This document shows, piece by piece, positions 46,721 through 59,484 of a stretch of 64,000 bases of DNA; within the stretch, counting starts at the first letter, position 1; each line of letters starts with the position of its first letter. Position numbers and translations under genes: made by a program. The notes below the pieces were generated by a model that did no database searches, was not told the DNA's origin, and saw only the letters and a program-made list of their open reading frames with translations. Where the stretch lies: the NCBI GenBank assembly GCA_030390025.1, contig JASTWF010000035.1, positions 744,001 to 808,000 on the forward strand, given 5' to 3'. This DNA comes from Squalus acanthias. Lineage: Eukaryota.

Positions 46721-49700
46721 CTGAGTGCGAGTCAGCAGAGAGTGCTGAGTTTGGGTAAGTGTGAGAGTTCTTTAATTGTTAGTTCTCTTTAAATCATTCT
46801 TGATAAGAGTACTTAAGCAGTTTAAGTGAAGGGGAAAATTTAAATATTTGGGATTCTGTTGGTTTAAGAAGAGTAAAACAATGTTACACTGCAGTAGGAG
46901 TAAATTGGCACAGCAGGCAGTGGAAACCAGTTTTCTAATCAATCAGCAGGGGTGACTCATTTGGCTGTGAACAAACAAACAGTATAAAAAGACCAGTGCT
47001 AGTGTGAGTCAGCAGAGAGTGCTGAGTTTGGGTAAGTGTGAGTTCGGGTGAGTGGGGTGTAGGGTGCTCTTTTCAAACTTTAATGCTGTGGGTTGTAGTT
47101 AATAAGGCCTTTCTGGTGCAGAGTGACTGTTGGTAAACCATTTAACTGGTGTAATTTAGAGGGATTGATTTAATTTAAATTTAAATCCAATTAATTAGAG
47201 GGGATACTTGCATCTATAATCGGGCAGAGAGTGTCCATAACTCACAATAAAAATTAATTACATAGAATGGAGCAGGTGATGTGTTACTGTTGCGAGATGT
47301 GGGAGCTGGTGGACCCCATTGAGGCTCACGGTGATTTCATCTGTGACAAGTGTCTGCTGCTACAGGAACTCCGGCTCCGTGTTGATGAGCTGGAGTCTGA
47401 GCTTCAGACACTGCGACACATCAGGGAGGGGGAGAAGTACCTGGACTCTGTGTTTCAGGAGGTGGTCACACCTATGAAGTTAATTAATTCAGATGTAGCC
47501 CATGGTCAGGGACAGGACTGTGTGACTACGAGTGAGGCAGGTACGGGGATCCAGGAGGTAGTGTTGGAGGAGCCGCAGCCCTTGCTCTTGTCCAACAGGT
47601 TCGAGGTTCTTACTCCCTGTGGGGATGGGAGCAGGGACTGCAGGGAGGATGAGCAACCTGGCCACAGCACCGTGGAACGGAGGGCCATTCAAGAGGGGGG
47701 AGTAAATAGAAATGTTGTAGTGGTAGGGGATAGTATTATTAGGGGGATAGATAGAGTTCTCTGCAGCCAAGAGCGAGAGTCCCGTAGGCTGTGTTGCCTG
47801 CCCGGTGCCAGGGTTAAGGACATCTCCTCTGGGCTGGAAAGAAACTTGCAGTGGGAGGGGGTGGATCCAGTTGTCATGGTCCATGTTGGTACAAACGACG
47901 TAGATAGGACAAGGAAGCCGGTTCTGTTAAAGGAGTATGAGCAGCTAGGGGTCAAATTAAAAAACAGAACCTCAAGGATATTAATCTCTGGATTATTACC
48001 TGAGCCACGAGTGAATTTGGCTAGGACAAATAAAATTAGAGAGTTAAATGAGTGGCTCAAAGACTGGTGTGGGAGAAATGGGTTTTGCTTCCTGGGACAC
48101 TGGCACCAGTACTGGGGCAGGAGGGAGTTGTTCCGTTGGGATGGGCTTCACTTGGCCAGTGCTGGGACTAGAGTCCTGGAGGATCATATAACTAGGGCTG
48201 TAGAGAGGGCTTTAAACTAACTAGTGGGGGGGAGGTTCCTAGAGAGCAAATAATAAAAATGACAACAGAGAACGTCATAGACTTAGGTAGCAGTGGGGAA
48301 ATTAAAAACCAGAGTGTGTCAGGAAGGGGCAGAAGGTATGGAGTAAAAGGTAAAGTAATAAAAAAGGCAAAAGCAGGAACTAAGTGTCACAAAACATATT
48401 TGAAAGTTCTCTATCTGAATGCACGTAGCATTCGTAACAAAATAGATGAGTTAATGGCACAAATAACTACATATGGGTATGATCTTGTGGCCATTACAGA
48501 AACATGGCTGCAGGGTGACAATGCCTGGGAATTAAACATACCAGGTTATTTAACGATCAGGAAGGACAGGCAGGAAGGAAGGGGAGGTGGGGTGGCTATG
48601 TTAATAAAGGAAGGAATCACTGTAATACAGAGAAATGATATTGGGTCAAAAAATCAGGATAATGAAACACTTTGGGTGGAGATAAGGAATAATAAGGGGA
48701 AAAAAACACTAGTGGGCGTAGTCTATAGGCCTCCGAACAGTTGCAACTCTGTTGGACGGAGTATCAATCAGGAAATAGTTGAGGCTTGTAATAAGGGAAC
48801 ATCTATAATTATGGGGGATTTTAACTATCATATTAATTGAACAAATCAAATTGGGCAGGGATGCCTTGAGGATGAGTTCATTGAGTGTATTAGGGATGGA
48901 ATTCTTGAGCAGTATGTAACTGAACCGACCAGGGGGCAAGCAACCTTAGATCTGGTCCTGTGTAACGAGACAGGATTAATTAAAAATGTCCTAGTAAAGG
49001 ATCCCCTTGGAATGAGTGACCATAACATGGTTGAATTCCATATTCAATTAGAGGGTGAGAAGGTTGGATCTCAAACAAGCGTGCTGAGCTTGAATAAAGG
49101 AGACTATGAAGGTATGCGAGCGGAATTGAGTAGAGTGGATTGGGAAAATAGATTAAAGGGTAAGACGATACATGATCAGTGGTGTACATTTAAGGAATTA
49201 TTTTACAACTTCCAAAAAATATATATTCCACTGAGAAGAAAAGGGTGTAAAAGAAAAGACAGTCATCCGTGGCTAAGTAAAGAAATTAAGGATAGTATTC
49301 GACTAAAAACAAGGGCTTATAAGGTAGCCAAATCTAGTGGGAGGATAGAGGATTGGGAAAACTTTAAAAGATAACAAAAAGATTGATTAAGAGAGGGAAG
49401 ATAGATTATGAAAGTAAATTAGCAAAAAATATAAAAACAGATTGTAAGAGTTTTTATAGTTATATAAAAAGAAAAAGGGTGGCGAAAGTAAATGTTGGTC
49501 CATTAGAGGATGAGACCGGGAAATTGATGGTGGGAAATATGGAGATGGCAAATACACTGAATGAATATTTTGTATCAGTCTTTACAGTAGAGGACACTAA
49601 GAATATCCCAACACTGGACAAACAGGGGGCTATAGCGGGGGAGGAGCTAAACACGATCAAAATCACTAAGGAAGTGGTACTCGGTAAAATAATGGGACTC

Positions 49701-51433
49701 AAGGCGGATAAATCACCTGGACCTGATGGCTTACATCCTAGGGTCTTGAGGGAAGTGGCGGTAGGGATTGTGGATGCATTGGTAATAATTTTCCAAAACT
49801 CCCTGGACTCAGCAAAGATCCTGGCAGACTGGAAAACTGCTAATGTAACACCCTTATTTAAAAAGGGCAGTAGACAGAAGGCTGGAAACTATAGACCGGT
49901 TAGCCTAACATCTGTGGTAGGTAAAATTTTGGAGTCCATTATTAAGGAGACAGTAACGGGACATTTGGATAATCATAATTTAATAGGACAAAGTCAGCAT
50001 GGTTTTATGAAGGGGAAGTCATGTTTGACAAATTTGCTGGAGTTCTTTGAGGAAGTAACATACAGGGTGGATAAAGGGGAACCACTGGATGTGGTGTATT
50101 TAGACTTCCAAAAGGCATTTGACAAGGTGCCACACAAAAGATTATTGCTTAAGATAAAAAATCACGGGATTGGGGGTAATATTCTGGCATGGATAGAGGA
50201 TTGGCTATCTAACAGAAGGCAGAGAGTTGGGATAAATGGTTCATTCTCAGACTGGCAATCAGTAACTAGTGGTGTTCCGCAGGGGTCGGTGCTGGGTCCC
50301 CAACTCTTTACAATCTATATTAACGATTTGGAGGAGGGGACCGAGTGTAACATAGCAAAGTTGTAGATGATACTAAGATGGGAGGGAAAGTAGTGAGTGA
50401 GGAGGACATAAAAAATCTGCAAGGGGACATAGACAGGCTAAGTAAGTGGGCAGAGATTTGGCAGATGGAATACAATACTGGAAAGTGTGAGGTTATGCAC
50501 TTTGGCAGGAAAAATAGTGGAGCAAGTTATTATCTTAATGGCAAGAAACTGGAAAGTACTGAAGTGCAAAGGGATCTGGGGGTCCTGGTGCACAAAACTC
50601 AAAAGGTTAGTATGCAGGTGCAGCAAGTGATTAAGAAGGCCAATGGAATGTTGGCTTTTACTGCTAGGGGGATAGAATATAAAAATAGGGAGGTATTGCT
50701 TCAGTTGGACAAAGTATTGGTGAGACCGCACCTGGAATACTGCATACAGTTTTGGCGTCCATACTTAAGAAAAGACATACTTGCTCTCGAGTCAGTACAA
50801 AGAAGGTTCACTTGGTTAATCCCGGGGATGAGGGGATGGACATATGAGGAGAGGTTGGGTAGATTGGGACTCTACTCATTGGAGTTCAGAAGAATGAGAG
50901 GCGATCTTATTGAAACATATAAGATTGTGAAGGGGTTGGATCGGGTGGATGCGGGGAGGATGTTCCCGATGATGGGTGAAACTAGAACTAGGGGGCATAG
51001 TCTTAGAATAAGGGGCTGCTCTTTCAAAACTGAGATGAGAAGGAACTACTTCACTCAGAGGGTGGTAGGTCCATGGAATATGCTGCCCCAAAAAGCTGTA
51101 GAAGCTACATCATTACATAAATTTAAAACAGAAATAGACAGTTTCCTAGAAGTAAAGGGAATTAAGGATTACGGGGAGCGGGCAGGAATTTGGACATGAG
51201 TCTAGGTTCGGATCGGTCATGGCCCTGTAGGTAGCGTAGCGGACCCAGGGGCCGTGTAGCCTGATCCTGCTCCTATTTCGTGTGTCCAATTCTGTTAGGT
51301 TCAGGAGATGGTTCTGTGATAGTAGATTGGCGTTTAGGATCAGATCAGCCATGATCTTATTGAATGGCGGAGCAAGTTCGAGGGGCCAATTGGCCTACTC
51401 CTGCTCCTATTTCTTATGTTCTTATGTTCTTAT
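46721..51433 (+). mobile_element. Full-length CR1 LINE (second subfamily): tandem 5' UTR monomers, intact ORF1, disrupted ORF2 (48259-51199), double 3' UTR module
   Basis: ORF2 motifs [22 protein letters not shown]; stop at 48838 and frameshifts near 49375 and 50362; CTTATGTT tail to 51433. Confidence 0.93.
47267..48220 (+). CDS. CR1 ORF1p: Cys-rich zinc-binding N-terminus, coiled coil, SGNH/GDSL esterase domain (317 aa, open)
   Basis: CYCC...CDKC, LQELRLRVDELESELQTL, VVVGDSIIRG, HVGTND, DGLHL. Confidence 0.88.
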   Translation: MEQVMCYCCEMWELVDPIEAHGDFICDKCLLLQELRLRVDELESELQTLRHIREGEKYLDSVFQEVVTPMKLINSDVAHGQGQDCVTTSEAGTGIQEVVLEEPQPLLLSNRFEVLTPCGDGSRDCREDEQPGHSTVERRAIQEGGVNRNVVVVGDSIIRGIDRVLCSQERESRRLCCLPGARVKDISSGLERNLQWEGVDPVVMVHVGTNDVDRTRKPVLLKEYEQLGVKLKNRTSRILISGLLPEPRVNLARTNKIRELNEWLKDWCGRNGFCFLGHWHQYWGRRELFRWDGLHLASAGTRVLEDHITRAVERALN

Positions 51434-51987
51434 AATCCCCCTCAACGGCCCTATGAAAATCCAGCCCTGAGTGTTTCCACTTCCACCACTTCCGACAGCA
51501 GCGAATTCCAGGTCATTACCACTCACTGCGTTAAAATGTTTTTGCTCACATCCCCCCTGTATCTCTTGCCCATGCTGGGAATGTGCCTGGAAGGCCCAGG
51601 AATTTTGGGGGTTCAGTGCAGAATTTCCAGGGTTCTCCCGATCTCCTGCTGTAACCTCAGCGGAAGTTCAATGGAAATCTGAGGAACAGCAATGATCACT
51701 CGCCCCGCCGATCGCCCGCAGGAGTAACGGTGGGAGATCGGGAGAACTCTCACGGAAATTCTACCCTCTGTGTTAGCGAGAAAGGGAGCTGCCTGCTTAT
51801 ATATGGAGAAGTGTCGGGAAACCGGAATGAGTTAAACTCTGCTCTGTTCATTCTGTGTCTCATAAATAAAACTACTGATTGGCTTAAGCCCACGTCACCA
51901 AGTGTGTTTATTCAGTCAAATTATGACTCTGGTTTCACAGTGCGCTGTTTATTACTAGGGTTTCGGGGTGCAGTGAACACTATATCG

Positions 51988-52997
51988 TGGCCTAGAAATT
52001 CAGGTTTGTAGTGCCCGATTTTCCAGGGCGGGCTGCGCTGGGTGCCATTTTCGTGATGTTGTTTGCTTCAGCACAGAGAACAAATACCGGAACTACGCAG
52101 ACTACGCAGTCTGTGACGTCACTCAGCGTGCAACGCCGGAGCTAACGCCCTCTCTTAACCTCCCACAGCTGAACATGCGTTCAGCAGCAGGAAGGACCCC
52201 CCCACCAGCAATTTTAAAGGGATCATCATCTACTTTCAAGTTAATTGCTGATTGATTTCTATTGGCTGTTGCTGAGCTTGTAGAGGTGATTCTTGGTTTG
52301 GTGGCTTATTTGAAGTTGCTGAAGTCTCCAGGGAGTGGTGTGGCAGGTTACTGCAAGGCTTCTGCTCAGACCAGTTGCTCCCAGACGTGGGTGCTGTAGT
52401 TTGTATCCCCCTTGGCCCTGCAACATGACGGGGAGAATGAGCAGAGGCGAGACAGAGCAAGACAGGAGCAGGAGGAGGAGGGGGAGAAGGGCTCTCAGCA
52501 GGAGGCCATATCCACCCAGAGTCTAAGAGAGGAATTCTCCTACTTCAACCTCAGTGAGGAACAGTGCATGCGACGCCTCCGCTTCACTGAGGAGGGGGCG
52601 TCACTGAAATCTGCCCCCTGTTGCAGGCAGACCTGCAGCCTCAGAGCTGGATGAGGACAGCATTGCCAGGGGCTGTCAAGGTGAGCGTGGCCATGAATGT
52701 TTATGCATCGGGCTCCTTCCAGGCTGGAGCAGGCCACATCTGCAACATCTCCCGGTTCACCGTTGCATAAGAAAGAAAAAAAAGAAAGTCTTGCATTTCT
52801 ACAGCGCCTTTCACGACCACCGGACGTCCCAATAAAGTACTTTTTGAAGTGTAGTCACTGTTGTAATGTGGGAAACACGGCAGCCAAGGGAGGTCACTGA
52901 GGCTCTGTATGCAAAGAGAGTTGAATACATTTCATTCTCTCTTGCCATTGACTGCACACAAGTTGCTTTGCCAGCGCCGCATGTGAATTTGGCGATC
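51988..52997 (+). mobile_element. Decayed Harbinger-derived fragment with transposase N-terminal remnants and a SINE fragment
   Basis: TIR-like GGCCTAGAAATTC at ~51990; peptides RRPYPPRV, NLSEEQCMRRLRF and AIDCTQVAL resemble the transposase at 45624-46274. Confidence 0.65.
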
Positions 52998-53602
52998 ATA
53001 GAATCAGAAGTTTACGGCACAGAAGGAAGCCATTTGGCCCATCGTGTCTGTGCCGGCCAACAAAGAGCTATCCAGCCTAATCCCACTTTCCAGCTCTTGG
53101 TCCGTAGCCCTGTAGGTTACGGCACTTCAAGTGCATATCCAAGTACTTTTTAACTGTGATGAGGGTTTCTGCTTCTACCACCCTTTCAGGCAGTGAGTTC
53201 CAGACCCCCACCACCCTCTGGGTGAAAAATGTCCTCCTCAAATCCCCTCTAATCTTTCTACCAATTACTTTAAATCTCTGCCCCCTGGTTATTGACCTCT
53301 CTGCTAAGGGAAATAGGTCCTTCCAGGGGGCAGAGATTTAAAGTAATTGGTAGAAGGTTTAGAGGGGAGTTGAGGAGAACTTTTTTCACCCAGAGGGTGG
53401 TGGGAGTCTGGAAATCACTGCCTGAAAGGGTGGTAGAGGGATAAATATTGGCCAGGACACCGGGGATAACTCCCCTGCTCTTCTTTGAAATAGTGCCGTG
53501 GGATCTTTTACATCAACTTGAGAGAAACTCGCTGCATGCGTGAAACTGAATGGGCAGCGCAGCCCGTTAAAGGGACCGCACAGCCAAATTTAGGGGGAAC
53601 AT

Positions 53603-53790
53603 TGCTCAGCAGGTCAGGCAGCATCTGTGGAGAGAGAAACAGAGTTAATGTTTCAGGTCGATGACCTTTCGTCATAGATCTGAAACATTAACTCTGTTTC
53701 TCTCTCCACAGATGCTGCCTGACCTGCTGAGTATTTCCAGCATTTTCTGTTTTTATTTCGGATTTCCAGCATCCGCAGTATTTTGCTTTT
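53603..53790. mobile_element. Penelope pLTR-derived palindromic fragment
   Basis: ~55-bp inverted arms around a partial hammerhead core (TGACGAAAGGTCATCGACCTGAAAC on -). Confidence 0.75.
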
Positions 53791-53829
53791 GTATTAGAGA
53801 GAACAAGCAAGGTGCACAGAGGACTGGGA

Positions 53830-54810
53830 AAGGCAAATAGCATTAGCACTTCTCTGCATTAAATTAATCTGCCGTGTGTCTGCCCATTTCACCAGCCTGT
53901 CTCTGTCCTCCTGAAGTCTGTTACTATCCTCATTGTTTACTACATTTCCGAGTTTCATGTCATCTGCAAACTTAGAAATTATGCCCAGTATACCCAAGTC
54001 CAGGTCATTAACATATCTCAAAAAGAGCAGTGACCCTGATACCGACCCTTGGGGAACACCACTGTATACTTCTCTCCAGTCTGAAAAACAACCATTCACC
54101 ACTACTCTCTGCTTTCTGTCCCTTTGCCAATTTTGTATCCACGCTGCCACTGTCATTTTAATCTTGTGGGCTTTAATTTTGCTAACAAGTTTGATATGTG
54201 GTACTTTGTCTAACGCCTTTTGAAAGTCCATATACACAACATCAACCGCACTGCCCTCATCAACTCTCTCCATTACTTCATCAAAGAACTCGATCAAGTT
54301 ATCAAACACAATTTGCCTTTAACAAATCCGCGCTGACTTTCATTTATTAACCCATACTTTTCAAAATGCCAATTAATTTTGTCGAGGATCATTGTCTCTA
54401 AAAGTTTCCCCACCACCGACGTTAGGCTGACTGACCTGTAGTTGTCTCCTTTTTTGAACAGGGGTGTAACATTTGCAATCCTCCAGTCCACCAATATCCA
54501 AAGAGGATTGGAAGATTATGGCCAGAGCCTCCGCAATTTCAACACTTACTGCCCTCAGTAGCCAAGGATGCATCTTATCCGGTCCTAGTGACCTTCCTGC
54601 TTTGAGGACTGCCAACCTTTTAAGTACCTCCTTTATCTATTTTTATCACTACTGCTTCCTCTTTTACTGTGACATTGGCAGCGTCCTCTTCTCCAGTGAG
54701 GACAGATGCAAAGTCCTCATTTAGTCCCTCAGCCATGCCCTCTACCTCCACAAGAATATCCCATTTGTGGTCCCTAATCGGCCCCACCCTCCTTTTACTA
54801 TTTAGTAGTA
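53830..54810 (-). mobile_element. CR1 ORF2 fragment
   Basis: ORFs 53794-54309, 54294-54494 and 54373-54615 ([25 protein letters not shown]). Confidence 0.85.
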
Positions 54811-54828
54811 ACAAGGGAAATTAGGGAA

Positions 54829-56800
54829 TGCATAAGATCCAAGGAGAGGGCATATAAATTGGCCAGAAAAAGCAGTAACCCTGAGGATTGGGAGCAGTTT
54901 AGGATTCCACAAAGGAGGACAAAGGGATTAATTAAGAAGGGGAAAATAGAATACGAGAATAAGCTTGCAGGGAACATAAAAACTGACTAAAAGCTTTTAT
55001 AGATATGTGAAGAGAATAAGATTAGTGAAATCAAGTGTAGGTCCCTTGCAGTCAGAAGCGGGGGAAGTTATAATGGGGAACAAAAAAATGGCTGACCAAT
55101 TAAATGCACATTTTGGTTCTGTCTTCACAAAGGAGGACACAAATAACCTCCCAGAGATGTTGGATAACATAGGGTCTGATGAAAGGGAGGAACTGAAAGA
55201 AATCAGTATTTGCAGGGAAATGGTGTTAGGGTAATTGACGGGATTAAAGGCCGATAAATCCCTAGGGCCTGATAATCTACATCCTAGGGTACTTAAGGAA
55301 GTGGCCCTAGAAATAGTAGATGCATTGCTGATCATCTTCCAACATTCGATGGAATCAGGAACTGTATCCATGGATTGGAGGGTAGCTAATGTTACCCCAC
55401 TATTCAAAAAGGGTGGTGGAGAGAAAGCGGGGAATTACAGATGTAATTAAAGGATGTAATAGCTGAGCACTTGAAAAACAGTGACAGGATCGGACAAAGT
55501 CAACATGGATTTACTAAAGGTAAATCGTGCTTGACTAATCTACTGGAATTTTTTGAGGATGTAACTGGGAAAATAGATAAGGGAGAACCAGTAGATGTGG
55601 TGTATTAGGACTTTCAAAAGGCTTTCAATAAGGTCCCGCATAAGAGATTAGCGTGTAAAGTTAAGGCACATGGGATTGGGGGCAAGGTATTGACTTGGAT
55701 AGAGAACTGGTTGGCGGACAGAAAGCAGAGAGTAGGAATTAATGAGTCTTTTTCCGAGTGGTAGGCAGTGACTAGTGGGGTACCGCAGGGATCGGTCCTT
55801 GGACCCCAGCTATTCACAATATACATTAATGATCTAGATAAGGGAACTAAATGTAATATCTCCAAGTTTGCAGATGACACAAAGCTGGGTGGGCGTGTGT
55901 GCTGCGAGGAGGATACTGAGAAACTCCAGGATGATTTGGACAGGTTGGGTGAGTGGGCAGAAGCGTGGCAGATGCAATATAACATGGATAAATGCGAGGT
56001 TATCCACTTTGGTGTCAAAAACAGAAAGGCAGACTATTATCTGAATGGCAATAGATTGGGAGAAGGGGAAGTGCAACGAGACCTGGGTGTCCTTGTGCAC
56101 CAGTCGCTGAAGGTAAGCATGCAGGTGCAGCAGGCGGTGAAGAAGGCAAATGGTATGTTGGCCTTCATAGCGAAAGAGTTTGAGTATAGGAACAGGGATG
56201 TCCTGCTGCAGTTGTACAGGGCCTTGGTGAGACCACACCTTGAGTATTGTGTGCAGTTTTGGTCGCCTTATCTGAGGAAGGATGTTCTTGCCATGGAAGG
56301 AGTTCAGCGAAGATTCACAAGGCTGATACCTGGGATGGCAGGAATGACATATGAGGAGAGATTGGGTCGATTGGGCTTATACTCGCTGGAGTATAGAAGA
56401 ATGAGAGGGGATCTCATCGAAACATATACAATTCTGACAGGTCTGGGCAAACTAGATGCAGGAAGAATGTTCCCGATGGTCGGAGAGTCCAGAACCAGGG
56501 GTCACAGTCTAAGGATAAGGGGTAAGCCATTTAGGACAGAAATGAGGAGGAATCTCTTCACCCAGAGAGTGGTGAACCTGTGGAATTCTCTACCACAGAA
56601 GTTAGTTGAGGCCAATTCATTAAATATATTCAAGAATGAGTTACATATATTTCATAAAGCTAAAGGTATCAAGGGATATGGGGAGAAGGCAGGTACAGGG
56701 TACTGAGTTTGGATGATCAGCCATGATCTCATCGAATGGCGGTGCAGGCTCGAGGGGCCGAATGGCCTACTCCTGCTCCTATCTTCTATGTTTCTATATG
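54829..56800 (+). mobile_element. 5'-truncated CR1 LINE (same subfamily as 4397-9697)
   Basis: Colinear with ~7662-9697; ORF 55768-56706; TCTATGTT tail. Confidence 0.93.
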
Positions 56801-57409
56801 TTTATAACAGACTTTTGGGTTCCCTTTTCTGTTGGCTGCTAATCTATTCTCATTCTCCCTCTCTGCCCCTCTTATTCCCTTTTCTAGATCTCCTGTGTAC
56901 TTTCTATATTCAGCTTGGTTCTCTACTGTGTTATGAACCTTACAATTGACATAAGCCTCCTTTTTCCGACTCTTTTTAACCCCTATATCTTTAGTCATTC
57001 AGGGAGCTCTAGCTTTGGATGCCCTTCCTTTCCCCCTCGTGTCTACTCTGTACCCAAACAATCTCCTGTTTGAAGCCCTCCCATTGCTCATTTACTGTTT
57101 TACCTGACAATCTTTGATTCCAATCCACCTGAACCAGATCCCTTTTCAGCTCACTGAAGTTAGCCCTCCTCCAGTTGCATAGTTTCACAGTTGACTGTTC
57201 GTTGTCCTTTTGCATAACTGCTCTAAACCTGAAGATATTATGATCAATGCTCTCCCACTGAGACATGCTCCACTTGCCCCACTTCACTCCCCAGAACTAG
57301 ATCCAGCACTGCTTCCTTCCTCGTTGGGCTGATCAAGAAAGTTCTCTTGTACACATTTCAGGAATTCCTCCCCCTCTCTGCCCTTTAAACTGTTACTATC
57401 CCAGACCAT

Positions 57410-58160
57410 GGGCTGGATTTTGAATGACCCATGGAGTCGGGTTTGGAGGCGTATGGGGGGTTAAAGTTGCAGATTCGGGGGTCCCGACCCCATCCCGACT
57501 CCATTCCGCCTCCACGCAATTTTGACAAAATCAGTCGCGGGGTTCCCGACTCCGTCCCGCCTCCAAGAGGCGGGAGAGGCCATTAAAGCCCTTAAGAAGC
57601 CCTAAATTGGCTCTGTAATGCCATTTTGAAATGTTTTAGCTAGTTTAACCCTTTTCCGACGTGAAGTATGCCTGATGTGAAACACGCCAGTGAAACCTGG
57701 CGGGAGCACAAGTGGATAGCTGACTATCAGCTGCAGGTCCACTATTACAACGGAGATGTGATGAAGGTAGTAGTAGTATTAGGTCTGAAGGTCGCCTCTG
57801 AGTTTTGAATGTCTTCAGAGACTGCCTGGCCTTGCTGTGAGAAGACCTGGATGGAAAAATCTATCTCTCTCTCTCTCTCTCTCTCTCTCCTGCTGCTCAT
57901 TTTGCCTCCAGGTCCTCTCACAGCAAAGGCCAGACAGTCTCTGAGACCAGGCAGTCAGTCTCTGACCTGCAATGATGACATCATCAGAGGCGACTTTCAG
58001 AATGAAACCACTAATTGGTTCATGGGTTCCCACATGCTGGAACTCAATTGCCCAATTAAGTGAAAATTGCATCATTCAACCACATTAATCTGGAGTCGGG
58101 GGAGCAACACGAAATGCGGATGACACGACCCCAACCCGACCCCAAGACAAAATCCAGACC
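57410..58160 (-). mobile_element. Non-autonomous internal-deletion derivative of the Harbinger family at 42528-51467
   Basis: TIR GGGCTGGATTTT / AAAATCCAGACC, degenerate TSD CAT/TAT; both halves match the reverse complement of the two ends of the autonomous element; sits within minus-strand CR1 remnants (56800-57409, 58161-58275). Confidence 0.85.
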
Positions 58161-58314
58161 TATGTTAGTAAAATTGAAGTCCCCTATTATCACTACTCTA
58201 CAGTTCTTGCAACTTTCTGTAATTTGCCTGCAAATTTGCTCCTCTATCTCCTTCCCATTATTGGTGGCCTATAGATTACTTTGGTTTATTGTTTGTGCCT
58301 ATTTAAAAAGGGGG

Positions 58315-59484
58315 CACAAATAGTAATGCTGAGGTTGGGGATTGGGCATTAAACAGGAAATTAGAGACGTGTGCAATAAGGGCACAGCAGTTATCATGGG
58401 TGACTTTAATCTACATATAGATTGGGCTAACCAAATTAGTAACAATACTGTGGAGGAGGAATTCCTAGAGTGTATACGGGATGGTTTCCTGGACCAATAT
58501 GTCGAGGAACCAACTAGAGATCAGGCCATCTTAGACTGGGTATTATGTAATGAGAAAGGATTAACAGTCCAAAAATGTGCGGGTTAGGTTGATTTGGCTA
58601 TGATAAATTGACCCTTAGTGTTAGGGGGGGATTAAATATGTGGGGTTACGGGGATAGGATGGGATATGTGTCGGTGCAGGCTCGATGGGGATTCTGTGTG
58701 GGAAAGCAGGAACAGGGTACTGGATTTGGATGATCAGCCATGATCGTATTGAATGGTGGAGCAGGCTCGAGGGGCCGAATGGCCTACTCCTGATCCTAGT
58801 TTCTATGTTTCTATGTTTTAATTAGCAATCTTGTTGTGCGAGGCCCCTTGGGTCGGAGCGATCATAATATGATAGAATTCTTCATTAAGATGGAGAGTGA
58901 AGTAGTTGACTCAGAGACTAGGGTCCTAAATTTAAATAAAGGAAACTACGATGGTATGAGGCGCGAGTTGGGTAGGATTGATTGGGGAATGTCACTCAAA
59001 GGGTTGACGGTGGATAGGCAATGGCAAACATTTAAAGATTGCATGGATGAACTACAGAATTTGTTCATCCCTGTTTGGCATAAAAATAAAACAAAAAAGG
59101 TGACTCAACCATGGCTAACAAGGGAAATTAGGGATAGCATAAGATCCAAGGAGAGGACATATAAATTGGCCAGAAAAAGCAACAAACCTGAGGATTGGGA
59201 ACAGTTTAGGATTCAGCAAAGGAGGACAAAGGGATTAATTAAGAGGGGAAAATAGAGTATGAGAGTAAGCTTGAAGGGAACATAAAAACTGACTGTAAAA
59301 GCTTCTATAGATATGTGAAGAGAAAAAGATTGGTGAAGACAAGCGTAGGTCCCTTGCAGTCAGAATCAGGGGAATTTACAATGGGGAACAAAGAAATGGC
59401 AGACCAATTAAATACATACTTTGGTTCTGTCTTCACAAAGGAGGACACAAATAAACTCCCAGAGATGTCAGGGAACATAGGGTC
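58315..59484 (+). mobile_element. CR1 ORF2 (APE/linker) segment interrupted by a SINE-like fragment (~58565-58817) and by the provirus at 59485
   Basis: Colinear with ~7120-8031; the insert resembles a V-SINE/HE1 body plus a CR1 3' tail. Confidence 0.82.

Larger units (their letters stand above)
42528..51467. mobile_element. Autonomous-type PIF/Harbinger DNA transposon (two convergent genes) with a CR1 inserted in its right subterminal region
   Basis: TIR GGGCTGGATTTT (42528) / AAAATCCAGCCC (51467), TSD TGA on both sides; Myb/SANT gene on + and DDE transposase on -. Confidence 0.92.
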
